Source: Microbotryum violaceum
Taxonomy: Eukaryota
Length of the DNA stretch: 64,000 nucleotides
Assembly (NCBI GenBank): GCA_001244265.2
Contig: CDLV01000005.1
Span: 1,116,001 to 1,180,000, forward strand
Direction of reading: 5' to 3'
Part shown: positions 1 to 13,168 of the stretch, one piece after another
How the letters are laid out: the number at the start of each line of letters is the position of its first letter
Position numbering within the stretch: position 1 is the first letter of the stretch
Translations under genes and position numbers: made by a program
The notes under the pieces: generated by a model
What the model was told of the DNA's origin: nothing
Databases searched by the model: none
Seen by the model: only the letters and a program-made list of their open reading frames with translations

Positions 1-131
1 GAGATGCATGCGCGCAATCGACCTCGACCGCCTCGCTTCCACGTTCAGGGCCGGCTGCTGACTAGTTCGCGTGTCCATACTGGCCATTGTGTACATACAC
101 AGATCTTTCTACCGCCCAGGGGCCGAGTCGA

Positions 132-3100
132 ATGAGTGGCTACGGTGGTGGGCCTCCTCCCAGGGGAACTGCCCAGCAGCAGCACCAGCACCAGCACCAG
201 CAATACGCGCACCAGCAGCAGCAACAGCAGCAACAGTACCACCAACAACCGCCGCAACAGCATGGCCGTGGTCTGGCTTCGGTCGGATCGGCCAGTGCGC
301 TCTTTGGTGACCAGCAACACCAGGACGACGACCTGTTCAACGTGCAGCAGCATCAGCACCAGCAGCCATACGGCCAGATCGACACCGTCATCGAGGAGGA
401 TGAGCCCGACTCGCCTCAGATGAATCGCTACGGCCAAGCTCAACCGACGCAACAGTCACACCAACAGCAATACCCAGGTTACGACCAGCAACAACAGGCC
501 GGCTACGAGGAGCCACCGTTCGAACCGCCGTACTACCCCGACTTCATCTACGACGCCGCGTCCAACTCGTACTTGCCTGATCCCCAAGCCCAAGCCGCGG
601 CCGATGAGTCGTGGGGACAGGAAGGACAATACGACCAATCAGGCCACTACGACCAACAGGGGCAATACGTTCAGCAAGTGCAGTACGATCAGCAAGGCCA
701 GTACGCCTACTCTAACGAGCAGCAACCGAAGCAGCAGCAGCAGCACGAGCAGCAATACGGCGACTACTCCCACGCTCAATCTCAGCAAGGCCAGGACCCA
801 TCTCACCAAGGTGGCGGAGAATACGACCATCAACCTTTCGAGCCGTCTTACTACCCTGGGTTCATCTACGATGCCGCTTCGAACTCGTACCTGCCCGACC
901 CGAACGCGCAAGCCGCGAATGAGACCCAGGCTGATGAGGGCGGTTGGGACCCGAGTCAGCAAGAGGACTATTCCCAACAAGACAAAGGCCACGTCAAGGG
1001 AGGAAACAGCAACGATGCTACTGCTCTTGCCTCCGCCGAACACCAACAAGGCCTGCCCGACTCTGCCCCCTCTCACGAGGAGACGATCGTCTGGAACGAC
1101 GAATCGTGTGCCTCCGCCCCCGGAACGGATTCAGCACCGTTCGCTAACTCTGGTGACGCCCAACAGCCCGAGGACTGGGCGCAATACGATCAGTACGACG
1201 AGAGCAATGTCTTCGGCCAGGACGGTGGTGCGAACGCCTATGAACAGCAAGGCTACTCGTACGAACAAACGGAAAAACAATACGATTCCTATTCGCCGAA
1301 CGAGACCTCGGACCAGCCGCTCTCGGCCACGACAGCGACCGATCCATCTCACGAGGAGCAACCGGCAGCCTCCAGCACTCAAGCACCCTCGCCACCACCT
1401 GCTGCGTCGCAGAAGGAACCAGTCGAGCCATCGCCGCCTGCGCATGCCGAGCAGGAGCACGACGCCTACAACCAGGGATCTTACGAAGACGAAGGCGCAC
1501 AGCCCGACAATCTTGACACGACGTGGGGCCAGGAACAAGGTGAATACGAGGCAACGAGTTGGACTTACCAGAATGCGCAGGGTCCGCAGGAAAACTCGTT
1601 CGAGCCCTACGCGCAGCAAGGCCAACAGTCATGGGATCAGGGCGAATACGATCAGGCGGGCTACGATGAGAGTCAAGGTCAGGCTCAAGCTTCGTACCTG
1701 GAGCAAGAGGACCAGCAACAGTACTCGGACCAACAGTACAATGCGTACGCTCGGGCGCCTGTCGCGGCTCCAGCACCACCAACTGCCACCGCCGCAGCTC
1801 CGGCTCCTCCCCGGCAAGCAACGGCACCGCCGCCGCCTCGAGCTCAACCCAAGCCGACATCAGATGTCGCTCGAGCGCCCCTGTCACCACGGCGGGCGAA
1901 GCCGTCGCAACGGCAGCCGGAGCCCCAGGCGGCGCAGCGACAGGAACAGCAAGCACCCGCCGTAGACGCCCCTTACGACCCGTATGCGCCTGTCCGACAG
2001 CAGCCCCGGAAGTTCTCGCCCGTGCATGCGCCTTCAGCGCCATCGACGCTCTCGTCGACTTTCTCGCCGCCACCCCGGTCTTCCTCTCGTGGAAGCACGA
2101 GGTCGACTTCGTCGTCGGTCGCTGCTGCAGGTGCACCACCGAAGCGGAGCACGCAGCCAGCGTCGGCCTCGTCGACCGCCGCTTTGAGCAATGCCGCCCC
2201 GGCTCCACGGATGTCGGGTCCACCAAAGGCGTCTGCCGCAGTTGCACCACCACCTCAAGCTGCCTTCGAGGCGCCCCCTCGCCCCTCCTCGGCCGCTTCT
2301 AACGCCTCGAACCTGTCGTCGGTTGCCCCACCTCCACGATCCGATTCGCGATCTTCGTCCCGTTCGACGCGCTCGAACGTGAGCTCCGCGAGCGTGCAAC
2401 AACCCATGCAACTGTCACAAACCCGCCAAGCGCCGACCGCCGCCCCTCCTGGCCGGGTGTTGTCTCCACCTCCGCAGGCATCAGCGGCAACAGCACCACC
2501 GAGGAGCCAGGCCATTACTCCGGCGTCTGCCACGCGCCACGCCGGTGCGCCACCCCTGAACAATTCTGCTGCCCTTCCTCGTGGCGCTCCACGCGCCGCC
2601 ATCGCTCCGACAACGCAATTTCAGTCGTTTGTAGCGCCTCTCAACGCTTACGAGCCGCAACCCGTTGCTTCAGCTCCGGCTCCAGCTTATCAGCCACCGC
2701 AGCCGCGCAAAGAACCCCCCAAGTCTCAGCCTCACCAGCAGCAAGCGACACTACCTCAAGCCGCACAAGCTCCGCCACCTAAACAGACAGCAGCCCCACC
2801 TTCTTCCGCCCCACCTGCCCCCAAGAAGAATGCCGTCGCCGGCGGCTACGAGCCTTTCAATCCAGCCCTGGCTGCCCAGCGCAAAGCGGCCGCGAAACCT
2901 GTCGCCTCCCGCTTGCCCCTCCGGTCCAGCCGCGTCGGGCACCCCACCAGCGAGGCGCATCGGCTTTCGCTGGCGACTCGCCTTACGCCACTTTGCCAGA
3001 GGACCTGCCGCCTATGCCTGGATTGAGTGCCTCGGAGAGCATCAACGAGGAGGAAGAAGAGCCGGCACAGATCGACGCTTATAGACCCCCGCCCACTCAA

Positions 3101-6100
3101 GCGTCCTCTAGGAAGGCTCCTCCTTTGGCGTCTCGAGCGCAGCAAACACCTCAGCAGCGCCCGGCGCCTCCGAGTCAATCACAAGGCCAAGACTCTCAAG
3201 GCGAGGCAGTCCCCTCTTGGATGGATCGTCGAGAACGTGAGTCTCGAATTGAGCCGGCCTATTACTGGCTTTGCTGGACACGGTACTCATTTGCTCCTTC
3301 TTTGCGCACTCCTTAGCACAACCCGAACAGCCAAGCGCTCAGCAGTACGACAATTCGCAGTCGTGGGAGACGTCATCGGTCTCGAGCCAGATCTCTTCCG
3401 CAAGTCGTGCGACAGCTCCTGGCGGCCCACCGAGAGCGCAACAGGCTCAAGCGCCGCATGCCAGCTCGACGAAGCCGCCGATCCGGGGTGCTCGCAAGAA
3501 TGCGCCTCCGTCCGCCCCGCCGCCAACTTCGACGGCGCCTCCAGACGACGGTGTGCGACGAATGCCCAAGGTTCCCCCCGTTCCTGCAGCTGCCAAACCT
3601 GCACCAGCTCAAAGTCGACCCGGGCAACCGCCAATGTCGAAAGTGCCGCCTCAACCGTCGGCGCGTCCTGCTCGTGCACAGCAGACCACTCGCCCTCCAG
3701 GCTCTACGGGCGCTGCTCCTCCCCGTGGTCCTCCCTCACAATTGACGGCCGCTCGCCCCCAGCCTGGACCAGCGGCGCTCAAACCCGCCACAGCAACGCA
3801 AGGGCACCCGCCTTTGACCAACAATCGCGAAACTGCAGCGGAGCCCCATGCAGTGCCCGCCCTCAACTTCGAGGCACCTAGTCCTGAAATCCGACCCCAG
3901 GCTGATCAAGATGACATGTACGCCCCTGAGCCGTTGGAAGAGGACGATGATGAAGGAACGGAGCGCGACCAGTCTGTCATTGAGCATCCTCCCGGTGCCC
4001 ATGACGATAGCTTCGCCTATTCGCAACGACAAGAGTACGGCTATGACTCGCAGCAGGTGCAATACGGTGCAGGCAACAACTCTTACCAGCCGAGTCATCC
4101 CGATGACCAAGCCATGGAAGATGCGCAGGTGTATGGCACGGATGGAATGTCGACTAGTACCTATGGGTCGAATTATGGTGATTGGAACGGCACTAGTGAA
4201 GCCCAGTCGGGTTATGACTACGTTTCGAACGGCATTGATTCACTCTGTGAGTTCGACCCCACTGTCTTACCCGGTCATCTGCCAGGCCAAGGGCTGATTT
4301 GCGAGCTTTTTGATTCCCCAGCTCTGGCCGATCCTTACAACCCCAAGCAAATGTACGAGTACCCTCAAGCACCGTCGAGGGACTCGAACTACACGCCTCA
4401 GATGGCGAGGACAACCTCGAACTACGCGTCTCCAGTCAAGCCGGCCCCAGCTCCTCAAGGCAACAACCTTAGCTATCAGCCTAAACAAGCCCAAGGCGCA
4501 CCATACAACCCGTACGCCGCGCAGCAGCAACCGCAGCAGGGTTATGCACCGCAAGCCGAGTTCAATGGCCCTCCTGCCAATTTGCAACTCGATCGCTCAA
4601 CGGCGCCTGTCATCTCGTGGGGTCTCGGAGGAAAGCTCGTCACTGCGTTCCCCTCGTCGAGCCAGGCATCTTTCGGTTACGGGGCTCCGACCTCGTCAGG
4701 CGAGGTGCAGGTACGCAAACTCGCCGAAGTCCTTGCTTCGCCCGAGTCAAGCACTCCTTTCCCTGGGCCCATGTTCCTCGACGGTGGTAAGGCCAACTCC
4801 GGTAAGAAGCGCAAGGAGGCTGTCGCGTGGCTCGAAGCACGCACGACCGAGCTCGAGAAAGAGGTCTCATACTTGCAGGGCGTTGGACCAGGTGCCTTCG
4901 GAGCGGACGTCGAAGGCAACAAGCGCAAGCTGGAGGTTCGTCTCATCCTATTCAAGCTCGTCAAGGTACTCGTCGAGAACGAAGGCAAGCTGTTCGGCAC
5001 GCCCAAGATCGAGGAAGCCGTGCGCTCGATTCTTGTTCCCCTCTCGGAAGGCTCGGATCTTTCGGATACGGATCTACCCACGGCCTCACAACTCGCTGCC
5101 GCCGCTGCACCCCTCACCCCTGCTACGACCGGTTCGATCGCGAACTACACCGTTACTGAGTCAAATCTCGACAAGCTCTCGACCTTCCTCCTACGCGGTG
5201 AACGACGCAAGGCAGTCCAGTACGCTCTCAACCAGCGACTGTGGGCTCATGCCTTCGTCATCTCGAGCTGCGTCGACACCGATTGCTGGAAGGAGGTTGT
5301 CCTCGCATTCCTGCAATCTGAGCTCACGCCTTCGATCGAGAACTTCACGGGAGGAGCAACTGGGCGTGAGGCAATGCGAGTCTCATACGCGATGTTCGCC
5401 GGCCTCGAGGCCGAATCGATTCAGCAGTTCGTCCCGCCCGTGTCTCTTGCGCCGTCGATGCTCTCCCCCAAGCTGCTGCCCTCGACTTTGCCGACTCAGT
5501 TCTCGCCGACGACCTCGCTGGCCAGACGATCCAGCAATGCGGCCGAGGACGTGTTGAATCGCAACTTGCCCGAGTCCGTCCTCGCGACCTGGCAAGAGAC
5601 GTGCGCGATGATTGTTGCCAATCGCGCACTAGGTGATTCGGCTGCGTTGACTGCTCTTGGTGATGCTCTGGCTGCGAACGAATGGACCGATGCCGCTCAC
5701 GTCTGGTAAGTCGAGGCTGTTTAGGCTGTGCCCATGCGGGGCTGAACGCTGATTGTTTCCCCATCAATGCCATTCACAGCTACCTGCTCTCGCCAGCTAC
5801 ATCGCCAATCGGTGGACCTGGCAGCCCTGGAGCCCGCTTCGCGCTGCTCGGTGCCTCGACTTCAGCCTCGAACGGCACCAATCCGGTGGACATCGAGAGC
5901 ATCCAACTGACGGAGCTTATCGAATTTGCCTTCTCTTTGCCGCCCGCCGTCAAGGGTCAGGAGCCCTTCGTTGGTTTCCCGCACCTGCAGGCCTACCGCC
6001 TCGAGCACGCGGCGCGATTAGCGGACAATGGGCAAATCGCACAAGCTCAAAAGTACACCGACGCCATCATTGCGACGCTCAAGCTTGCGACCAAGCCTTC

Positions 6101-7604
6101 ACCTTACTACACGCCGCGCCTTGCTGGCGAAGTCAAGGCTGTCGCGGATCGTCTGCACGCCGTCGCCGGTCAGGACAAGAGTGGATCGTGGTTGGGCCGC
6201 ATGGTTCCCAAGGGACCGACGAAGGAAGGTCTTTGGTCCACGCTCGAAGGCGGTTTTACCAAGTTCGTCGCCGGCGACGGCGAAACATCGCAAGCATCGC
6301 TTGCCGCGAAAGCCGAAGTAGCCAAGGCGGCAAACGGCGCGCCGCTGGGACCCTTTTCCCACTACAGTTCAATCGCGCCGGACAGCAACACCGGTACCCT
6401 TTCGCGGATCGCGTCCAGCGCCGATCTGACTGTCGCGCCGCCTTCGAGACCCCATTCATCGGTTGCACTCGTTCCGCCATCCGTGCCTGTGTCGTCGGTC
6501 AACAACCACCATCAGCTCTTACCAGGCCCGCCTCCGGTCAAGCGTGCGCCCTTCAAAACACATCATTCTCGATCGTCATCGCTCGGTGTTGCCGGATACA
6601 ACTACGATCCGAATGCTCCCCCTCCTTGGCAGGTGGCCATCGCAGCTCGACAGGCTCCACCGGCGCCGGTGCCGGATGTGACACCGCGCGCTTCGGCACA
6701 AGAGTTCACTCGCACACCCCAGAATGCCTACGGGTACGGGTCTGCCTCGTTCGATGACCCTCCGCCGAATGATGGTGGCCTGAGGGCTCCGGCTTTCGCG
6801 CAAGTCGACCAAGGTGCCTTCTCGGAGGACGAATCTGGTTTCATCTCCCCCATGGCCGCGTACACGCCAGCCGTATCACCGGCTCTCGCTGGCACGCGAG
6901 CTTACAATCCGACGCCGCAGTCGCACCGACGCACAACGACGCAGGACGAGCTCGATGACTTGGGCATCAGCAACAACAAGTCGAAGAAGCCCGGATTTGA
7001 CTCGATTGGTGAAGGAGAAGAGGAGGAAATGGGCGTAGGCCCTGGCCAAGTCCAAAACGAAGACGGAAATGGTCCTGTGGAGGAGAGTACTGGAGCTCAG
7101 AAGGCGGAACGTCCTTGTGAGTAGCAAGCTCATTCGCTCTTGGCCTTGGCTAAGCTGACCAAATCCGTGTTTCCCTCTCCTGCAGCGATCCGCACGGCCC
7201 CTTCGCGGTCGTGGCTCGGTGGTTGGTTCAAACGTGATTCGCCCTCGCCAGTGCAAAACGGTCCCGGCCCCGTGCGGGCCAATTTGGGAGAGCAGACTTC
7301 CTTCGTTTACGATGCCGAGCTCAAGCGATGGGTCAATCGGAAAGCGGGCGAATCCGGCGCCTCGACCCCAATCACGACGGTACCTCCTCCTCGTGCCTCA
7401 ACGGCCTCACCCTCTCGATCATCCCGAGCAAGGTACAACACCGAGACGCCGCCGCCTATGCCTGCGATGGCCCCGAGTCGCAATGACACCAGCTCGGCGC
7501 CGCCACCTTCGTTGAATCGCTCGCAGACGACGAGTGACCTCCGAGGCAGCGCAGCGAGCGGAGCTGGACGCAAGAAGCCGAACCGGTACATCCCCGTGAC
7601 GTGA
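132..7604 (+). CDS. SEC16: COPII coat assembly protein Sec16 (multi-exon; apparent frame disruption near 2905-2912)
   Basis: Long Q/Y/P-rich N-terminus, then the Sec16 central domain (PVISWGLGGKLVT, FPGPM, LLRGERRKAVQYALNQRLWAHA, WQETCAMIVAN, spliced AAHVCYLL, FPHLQAYRL) and C-terminal 'PVRANLGEQTSFVYDAELKRWVN'. GT-AG introns 3237-3316, 5706-5779, 7117-7185. Confidence 0.92.
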
Positions 7605-7859
7605 AAGAAACGCCTTCTATGTTGGTAGAGTAGTGCTACTCGCTGTGTGTGTTTTGTCAATATCGATTTTTTTTTTCTCCTTCCCTTATCTGCCTGTCTA
7701 CGCTCCATTCTTTTTTAACGATTGTCACTTATTGCTCTGGAAATGAAACATGAATTGGCTTTGGCCTCTCATTTGCGCGTCGCACACTCTTATCGGTAAT
7801 CAGATTCCCTTACAGCAGCTGTTACTTCACGAGAGCGTTTACCAGATCGCGATAAGACG

Positions 7860-10323
7860 CTACACCTTGAACCCATCAAGATCGAACCCACAAACCGATA
7901 GCGGCTCGACTTTGCGCCCCTGGCTGACAAACTTGATCTTGGCGATCTTGACGACCGGAAGGATATCGTCCGCCTCTCCCTCCTCCATCAAATCAACGTC
8001 CTTCTGCTCCAATTCCTCATCCCGAGGATGCTGTCGTTCCAACTCGCCCTTGATCTCAATGATCCCGACCTTCAATTGACGAACCTTGATCGAGCCGACG
8101 AAGCGACGCGGTTCCCACCCTCCTACTTCATGAGGGATCGCGTGTTCGCGAGTGGTGAATACCTGCCACGATTCGGCTGTTTGATCGGGCGTTTCCCATG
8201 AGACGAGATTTAAGAGTGTGGTCGATCCGACGATGGTGAAGTGCGTGACGGCGCGGGGTCGGATGAAGCTCAGGCCGAAATAATCGTCGGCGTCGGGGGC
8301 TATGAGCGGAGAGATACAGTCAGATCGTGGAACGAAAGTGTTAAAAATTTGTTGAAATTGGATGAAACGAACCTTTCAAAGTAGACCAGCACGTTTGATC
8401 ATGAGGCTTGCCATCGACAGCAAGATGCCAACTCCCGTTCCTCGTCCACCATTCGTCCGTCGGCCAATTCGGCATCGCATTGAACCGCGCCTCATGCTCA
8501 TGCATGTGATCGATCGCATAAGGATCGAACTTGGGATCCATATCCGAGCTCGTTGAACTGGGTAGTCCATGTCGACTCATCAGTTCTCGGTGACGCGGCT
8601 TGCGGAAGAAGAGGTTGGCCCAGAAGGAGGGCTTGATGGGAAGGGGGTAGATGAGGGTTGAAGGATGGGGGAAGGGTGTGAGAGAGGTCATGAACAGACA
8701 TTTATCGTTCGCGCAGGGCGCGCGAAGTTGTGATTCTGGCGGGGAGGCGATCGTTGGGAAGGGGTCGGGGACGAGGTAGGTGTCTTGGACGGTAAGGATG
8801 TCGTGTAGTTTTCGGACGGCATCGAGCTGGGGGAAGGAAGGGATCGAAGCTCCAAGATCAATGTACGCTAGGCTGTATGCTCTGTCATAACTACTCACCA
8901 CGTTCTCATATACGATTGCCCATTGGTCCACCCCTGTTGACCATCCTACGTCGCCACCTTCGACGTCGATGGGCACCAGATCGTTCGGCATCTGTCCAAA
9001 GTTTTAGGGATGGCTCGTAAGCGACTCGCCGCAGCGCAGGAACTTTCTTACGGACCTGCTCGGGATAAGTATTGGTCCATAAGGAGAAGAACATGTCGCT
9101 GACGAGGGTTTGGTCCCTGGTCAACATGACGGGCGCCGCCGTTTGCTGATTGAGGAATCGGACAGAGAGAGCTTTGGGTGCGAATGAACCGCATCCGATC
9201 CAAGTGAAACCCGTGTGTAGGTTGACGTCTGAGGGTATGACAGTATGTTTTGATTAAGATGTTGAAGGGCGATGACCAAGGATTCGGGCGAGGTGACTCG
9301 CCTGGGTTAGCGAACCTCCACCGACGGTGCTCGAGGTGAATGACGGGCATGGTGTTGCTGACGATCCTGGGGACCGCGACACTACTCGTCGACGCCGATG
9401 CTGATCCAGAAATGATACCAGACCTGGTATCAATGTATTTGGTGTAGAGAGAATCGAGGTAGATGTTGAGCCAGTCATCGTCGTTAAAGTAGCAGTGCTC
9501 GGACGTGGCAATGGAACAGGCAAAATGTTTGCCTGCATCGTGGACGTTGGAGGGCGAATTGAAGATCCTCAAACGAGGTTGTGGAAGGTCGCTTGATGGT
9601 TGGGGAGATATGAAAAAGTCCTGCATGCATGTTGTCACCGTCGCAGCTAAAGTCAGGACCCCGTCTCTCGGGCAAGAATTTTCGCTCTCGTCGAGGGATC
9701 AACAGTACTGACCGAAGCTTTGAGGGATACGCCAGGATGGTTGTTCCAGACGATAATCTCGCGTATGAAAGGATACTTTGACAGCTGCTTGAGCACCAAC
9801 TGCAGCCCCCTTCTGCGCTTCCAGTGCAACACGACGGCCGTGACAGCGACGAGGCGATTGCTCGGGTGTTGAAGCGCCATCTCCGTCAGCCGGCGGGGTG
9901 GGTACGCCGATTTCCTCGTGTCGATGAGGTGGACCAAGCGAGCCAAGTTATCCTTCTGTATCGACGAGACGGGCGGGGAGTCATCGTAGACCGGCACCTC
10001 CTGGCCGTCGTCGGGGTCGCGCGAAGATGTGGAGCGCGCTTTGGCCAGTCGCGACAGAGGCGCGGGGGCCGACGCGAGGGACATGTGGCGAGCCACAGCA
10101 AGTAGTCGAAGGGCCAAGACGCAGTAGAGCAGGACCAAGGCCAGTCCAACCCTGCGTCGGGTTGGATTCGGGTGCGTGAGCGCATTGAGGATCGAGTCGA
10201 CGATCAGCAGCGGCACCGCTGTCGGCAGCGAGGCAAGAATGTCCTGTGCCGTCGCAATGTGCGGATCAGTCAATGGTGCACGTGGCTATAGACTCATCGC
10301 GTGTTACTCACCTGGGTGGCCAT
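7860..10323 (-). CDS. Uncharacterised type II membrane protein with a GT-A-fold (GT64/EXTL2-like) glycosyltransferase domain
   Basis: ATG at 10323, intron 10311-10244; N-terminal hydrophobic helix (VGLALVLLYCVLAL); motifs TAVVLHWKR, IREIIVWNN and CYFNDDDWL (DxD-type); further exons in ORFs 9048-9638, 8341-8991 and 7860-8075. Confidence 0.65.
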
Positions 10324-10704
10324 GAAGGTCCGTCCGAGCTTCTTTGTACACTCGACGCGACGAGGGACGTACCGCAAACGTGAAGCCGGCGCGTGTCCGG
10401 CCGACGAAGTGCCGTCTCAAGCTCTCAGCTCGGAGTAATTCCAAGCCATCAAAGAAAAACTGAGAAAGCTGGTTGCGATTGGGAACTATTTCTCGGTACT
10501 CGATAGCCTGCTCTCTTACTTTCCAGAATCGGTGGCCGATCGCTTCCCAAATAATTCTGGACCGATCGATTGATTGATTAGGGGAGATCAGGGGAGATCA
10601 GGGGTCGCACCGCCCGACTTGGCGCCTCTTGAACTGTCTGCGCTTCTTCCCTTGCTCGTTCCCGCCTCCTTACCCCACACGAGCACGAGCACGAGCACGT
10701 CACC

Positions 10705-12838
10705 ATGTCCGCACCGACCTCTGCGCCTTCGAATGCCGGCACAACGAGCGTGGCATCGACGCTGCCCGAGCTGATCGTGTTGTTCAACTCGACCTGGGCG
10801 ACGCTCGGCGCGTGGACGTCGAGCATCCCCGGCAGCCAGGTCGCGTGGAGGTACATCAAGGCGTCGCACCAGGACGATCCGTTCCGCACCGTGCTCGAGT
10901 TGCTGCTCGTCTTCTTCATCGTGCGCACCTATGCCCAGTCCAGGACCAAAGGCGAGCAGTCGGGCAAGAACTTCGTCAAGCTCACAGAGAAGGTTAGTGC
11001 CTCGTTAGGTGCTCGTTTCGGTCCGATTTGGCGGCTATTGATTGCGAACAACCACGCCGCGCGGAGACGGGATCGGCATCGGCATCGGCGTCGGCCAGCA
11101 CCAGATCCCGGGCGAGGCAGTCTCGCATACAGGCGCACCCGCTCGGAGCTCGGAGCTGACATGAGGTACTTGACGTCAACTTAGGAAATCGATGAACTCG
11201 TGCACGAGTGGCAGCCCGAGGCGTTGCTGCCCCCCGCGCCGAGGACGACCCAATACCCGCCCGTCATCATCGGCGCGACCGGACCTCGGCCTCGCGTCGT
11301 GTTCCCGACGCCAGGGCAGGATCCCCACGACCCCTTGCAGCCGTACGATGTCACCACCGGTGCCAACCAGGGCAAGGTCGTGCTCAACCTAGCCAGCTCC
11401 AACTTTGCTGGACTGGCGGGCAACGAGAGGATCAAGGACAAGGCCGTAGCGTGTCTCAAGCGCTACGGTGTGGGCAGTTGTGGACCGCCAGGGTTCTACG
11501 GAACGTTCGGTCAGTGCAGTGACGTGATGAGCAGTCAATAAACATTAGGTGGCTTATTTCGGCACCACGCGCAGATGTGCACATGGAACTCGAACGCGAC
11601 ATCGCCGCCTTCCTCTCGGTCCCATCCGTGATCATGTATTCGCACTCGTTCTCGACCATCTCGTCCGTGATCCCGTCCTTCTCAAAACGAGGCGACATCA
11701 TCGTCGCCGACCGTGGCGTCAACTTTGCGATTCAAAAGGGGATCCAGATCTCGCGATCCAACATCCGCTGGTACGACCACGGTGACTACGAGGCGCTCGA
11801 ACGGATATTGGAGCAGATCCACAAGGAGGACAAAAAGTACAAGCGCAAGGTCACCAACGGCCGAAGGTTCATCATCACCGAGGGTATCTTTGAAAATGAT
11901 GGGTCGATGGTCGACTTGCCCAAAGTTGTAAGTCGGACCTTCGGCGCGAAGTTGTCTGCATCGTTGATGCTTATTAGGACCCTCGGTTCCCTCACAGATG
12001 GAGTTGAAACACAAGTACAAATACCGCTTGATCCTCGACGAGACGTGGTCGTTTGGTGTCGTCGGCAAGACTGGACGCGGCGTGACCGAGGTGTTTGACA
12101 TTCCCGTGAGTGCGCAACGGCATCAGCGTCAGCATCGTTTTCCCCCCTACGGAGCGCTGATGAGGACGCGCTCGCCGCAGACCGCCGAAGTGGACATGTT
12201 GGTCGGCTCGATGGCGAACGGCTTGAGCTCGACAGGTGGCTTCTGTGCGGGCAACAAAGAAGTTGTTGCTCATCAGGTAAGTCAAGTTCATTTGAGCGCA
12301 GTGTCGGACCGGACCGGACCGCAAGCTGATGAACTTCAATTTGAACTTGCAGAGGATCAACTCGCCCGGCTTTGTGTTTTCCGCCGCCCTTCCTCCGCTT
12401 CTCGCCGTTTCAGCGTCCGAAGCCATCTCGATGCTCTCCATCCCGGCCAACATGACCTCGCCCGCGCATCCGCTGGCGCCGCTACCGGATAACGTCGCGG
12501 CGTTGCGCAAGATTTTGGCTTCGGTCAAACCGATCGAAATCCCTTCGGCCGAAATGTCACCCTTGATCCACATCTGCATCCGCGATGACGACAAGCTGTA
12601 CTCGAAACCTTTGACGCGGGAAGAACAGGAGAAGCTGTTGCAGGACGTCGTCGAGCAATGCGCGGAGAATGGGGTGTTGGTTACGAGGTCCAAGAGGAAC
12701 TGGGCACAGGAAATGATGGAGCATCGACCGAGTTTGAGGATCTGCGTCACGGCAGCGTTGACAAAGAAGGAGATTGAGAAGGCGGGGAATATGCTCAAAT
12801 CGGCTTTGAACAAAGTCTTGGCCGGGAAGAAGAAGTAG
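10705..12838 (+). CDS. LCB1: Serine palmitoyltransferase subunit LCB1/SPTLC1
   Basis: YIKASHQDDPFRT, YGVGSCGPPGFYGT, IPSFSKRGDIIVADRGVNFAIQKG, LILDETWSFG, HQRINSPGFVFSAALP; introns approx. 10993-11184, 11510-11574, 11928-11997, 12106-12180, 12277-12352. Confidence 0.96.
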
Positions 12839-13168
12839 AGCGGCCGCTCTGAGGTCGTGGTTGGATGTCGCATCAGCTTGATCGCATATGGGATGCTCGT
12901 GTTATACACTATTCCTTATAAAGCTGCGCGATGTTGCCTGTATCCGCTATTGTGTTGACGAGTTGGGACCGTAGGTGAAGATCCCTTGAGTTTGACTCAA
13001 AACTGCCCCGTCGTGGCCGGTGCAAGACGGGCCGAGCGGCTCGTGACCTCTCGTGACTGCTCCCAGAACCTCCACGCGCTGCTCGCGAACGCGACGACTC
13101 GGTCTGCTTCCTCCCCTCCCCCGTGTCTTGCGCATCCTACCGCAACTCCTCCCGAGCTCGAACAAGCC

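Noticed and set aside
604..2253. Long alternative-frame and antisense ORFs over SEC16 (and similar ones over FHL1 and YDJ1)
   Set aside because: Expected shadows of GC-rich, codon-biased coding sequence; no recognisable domains.
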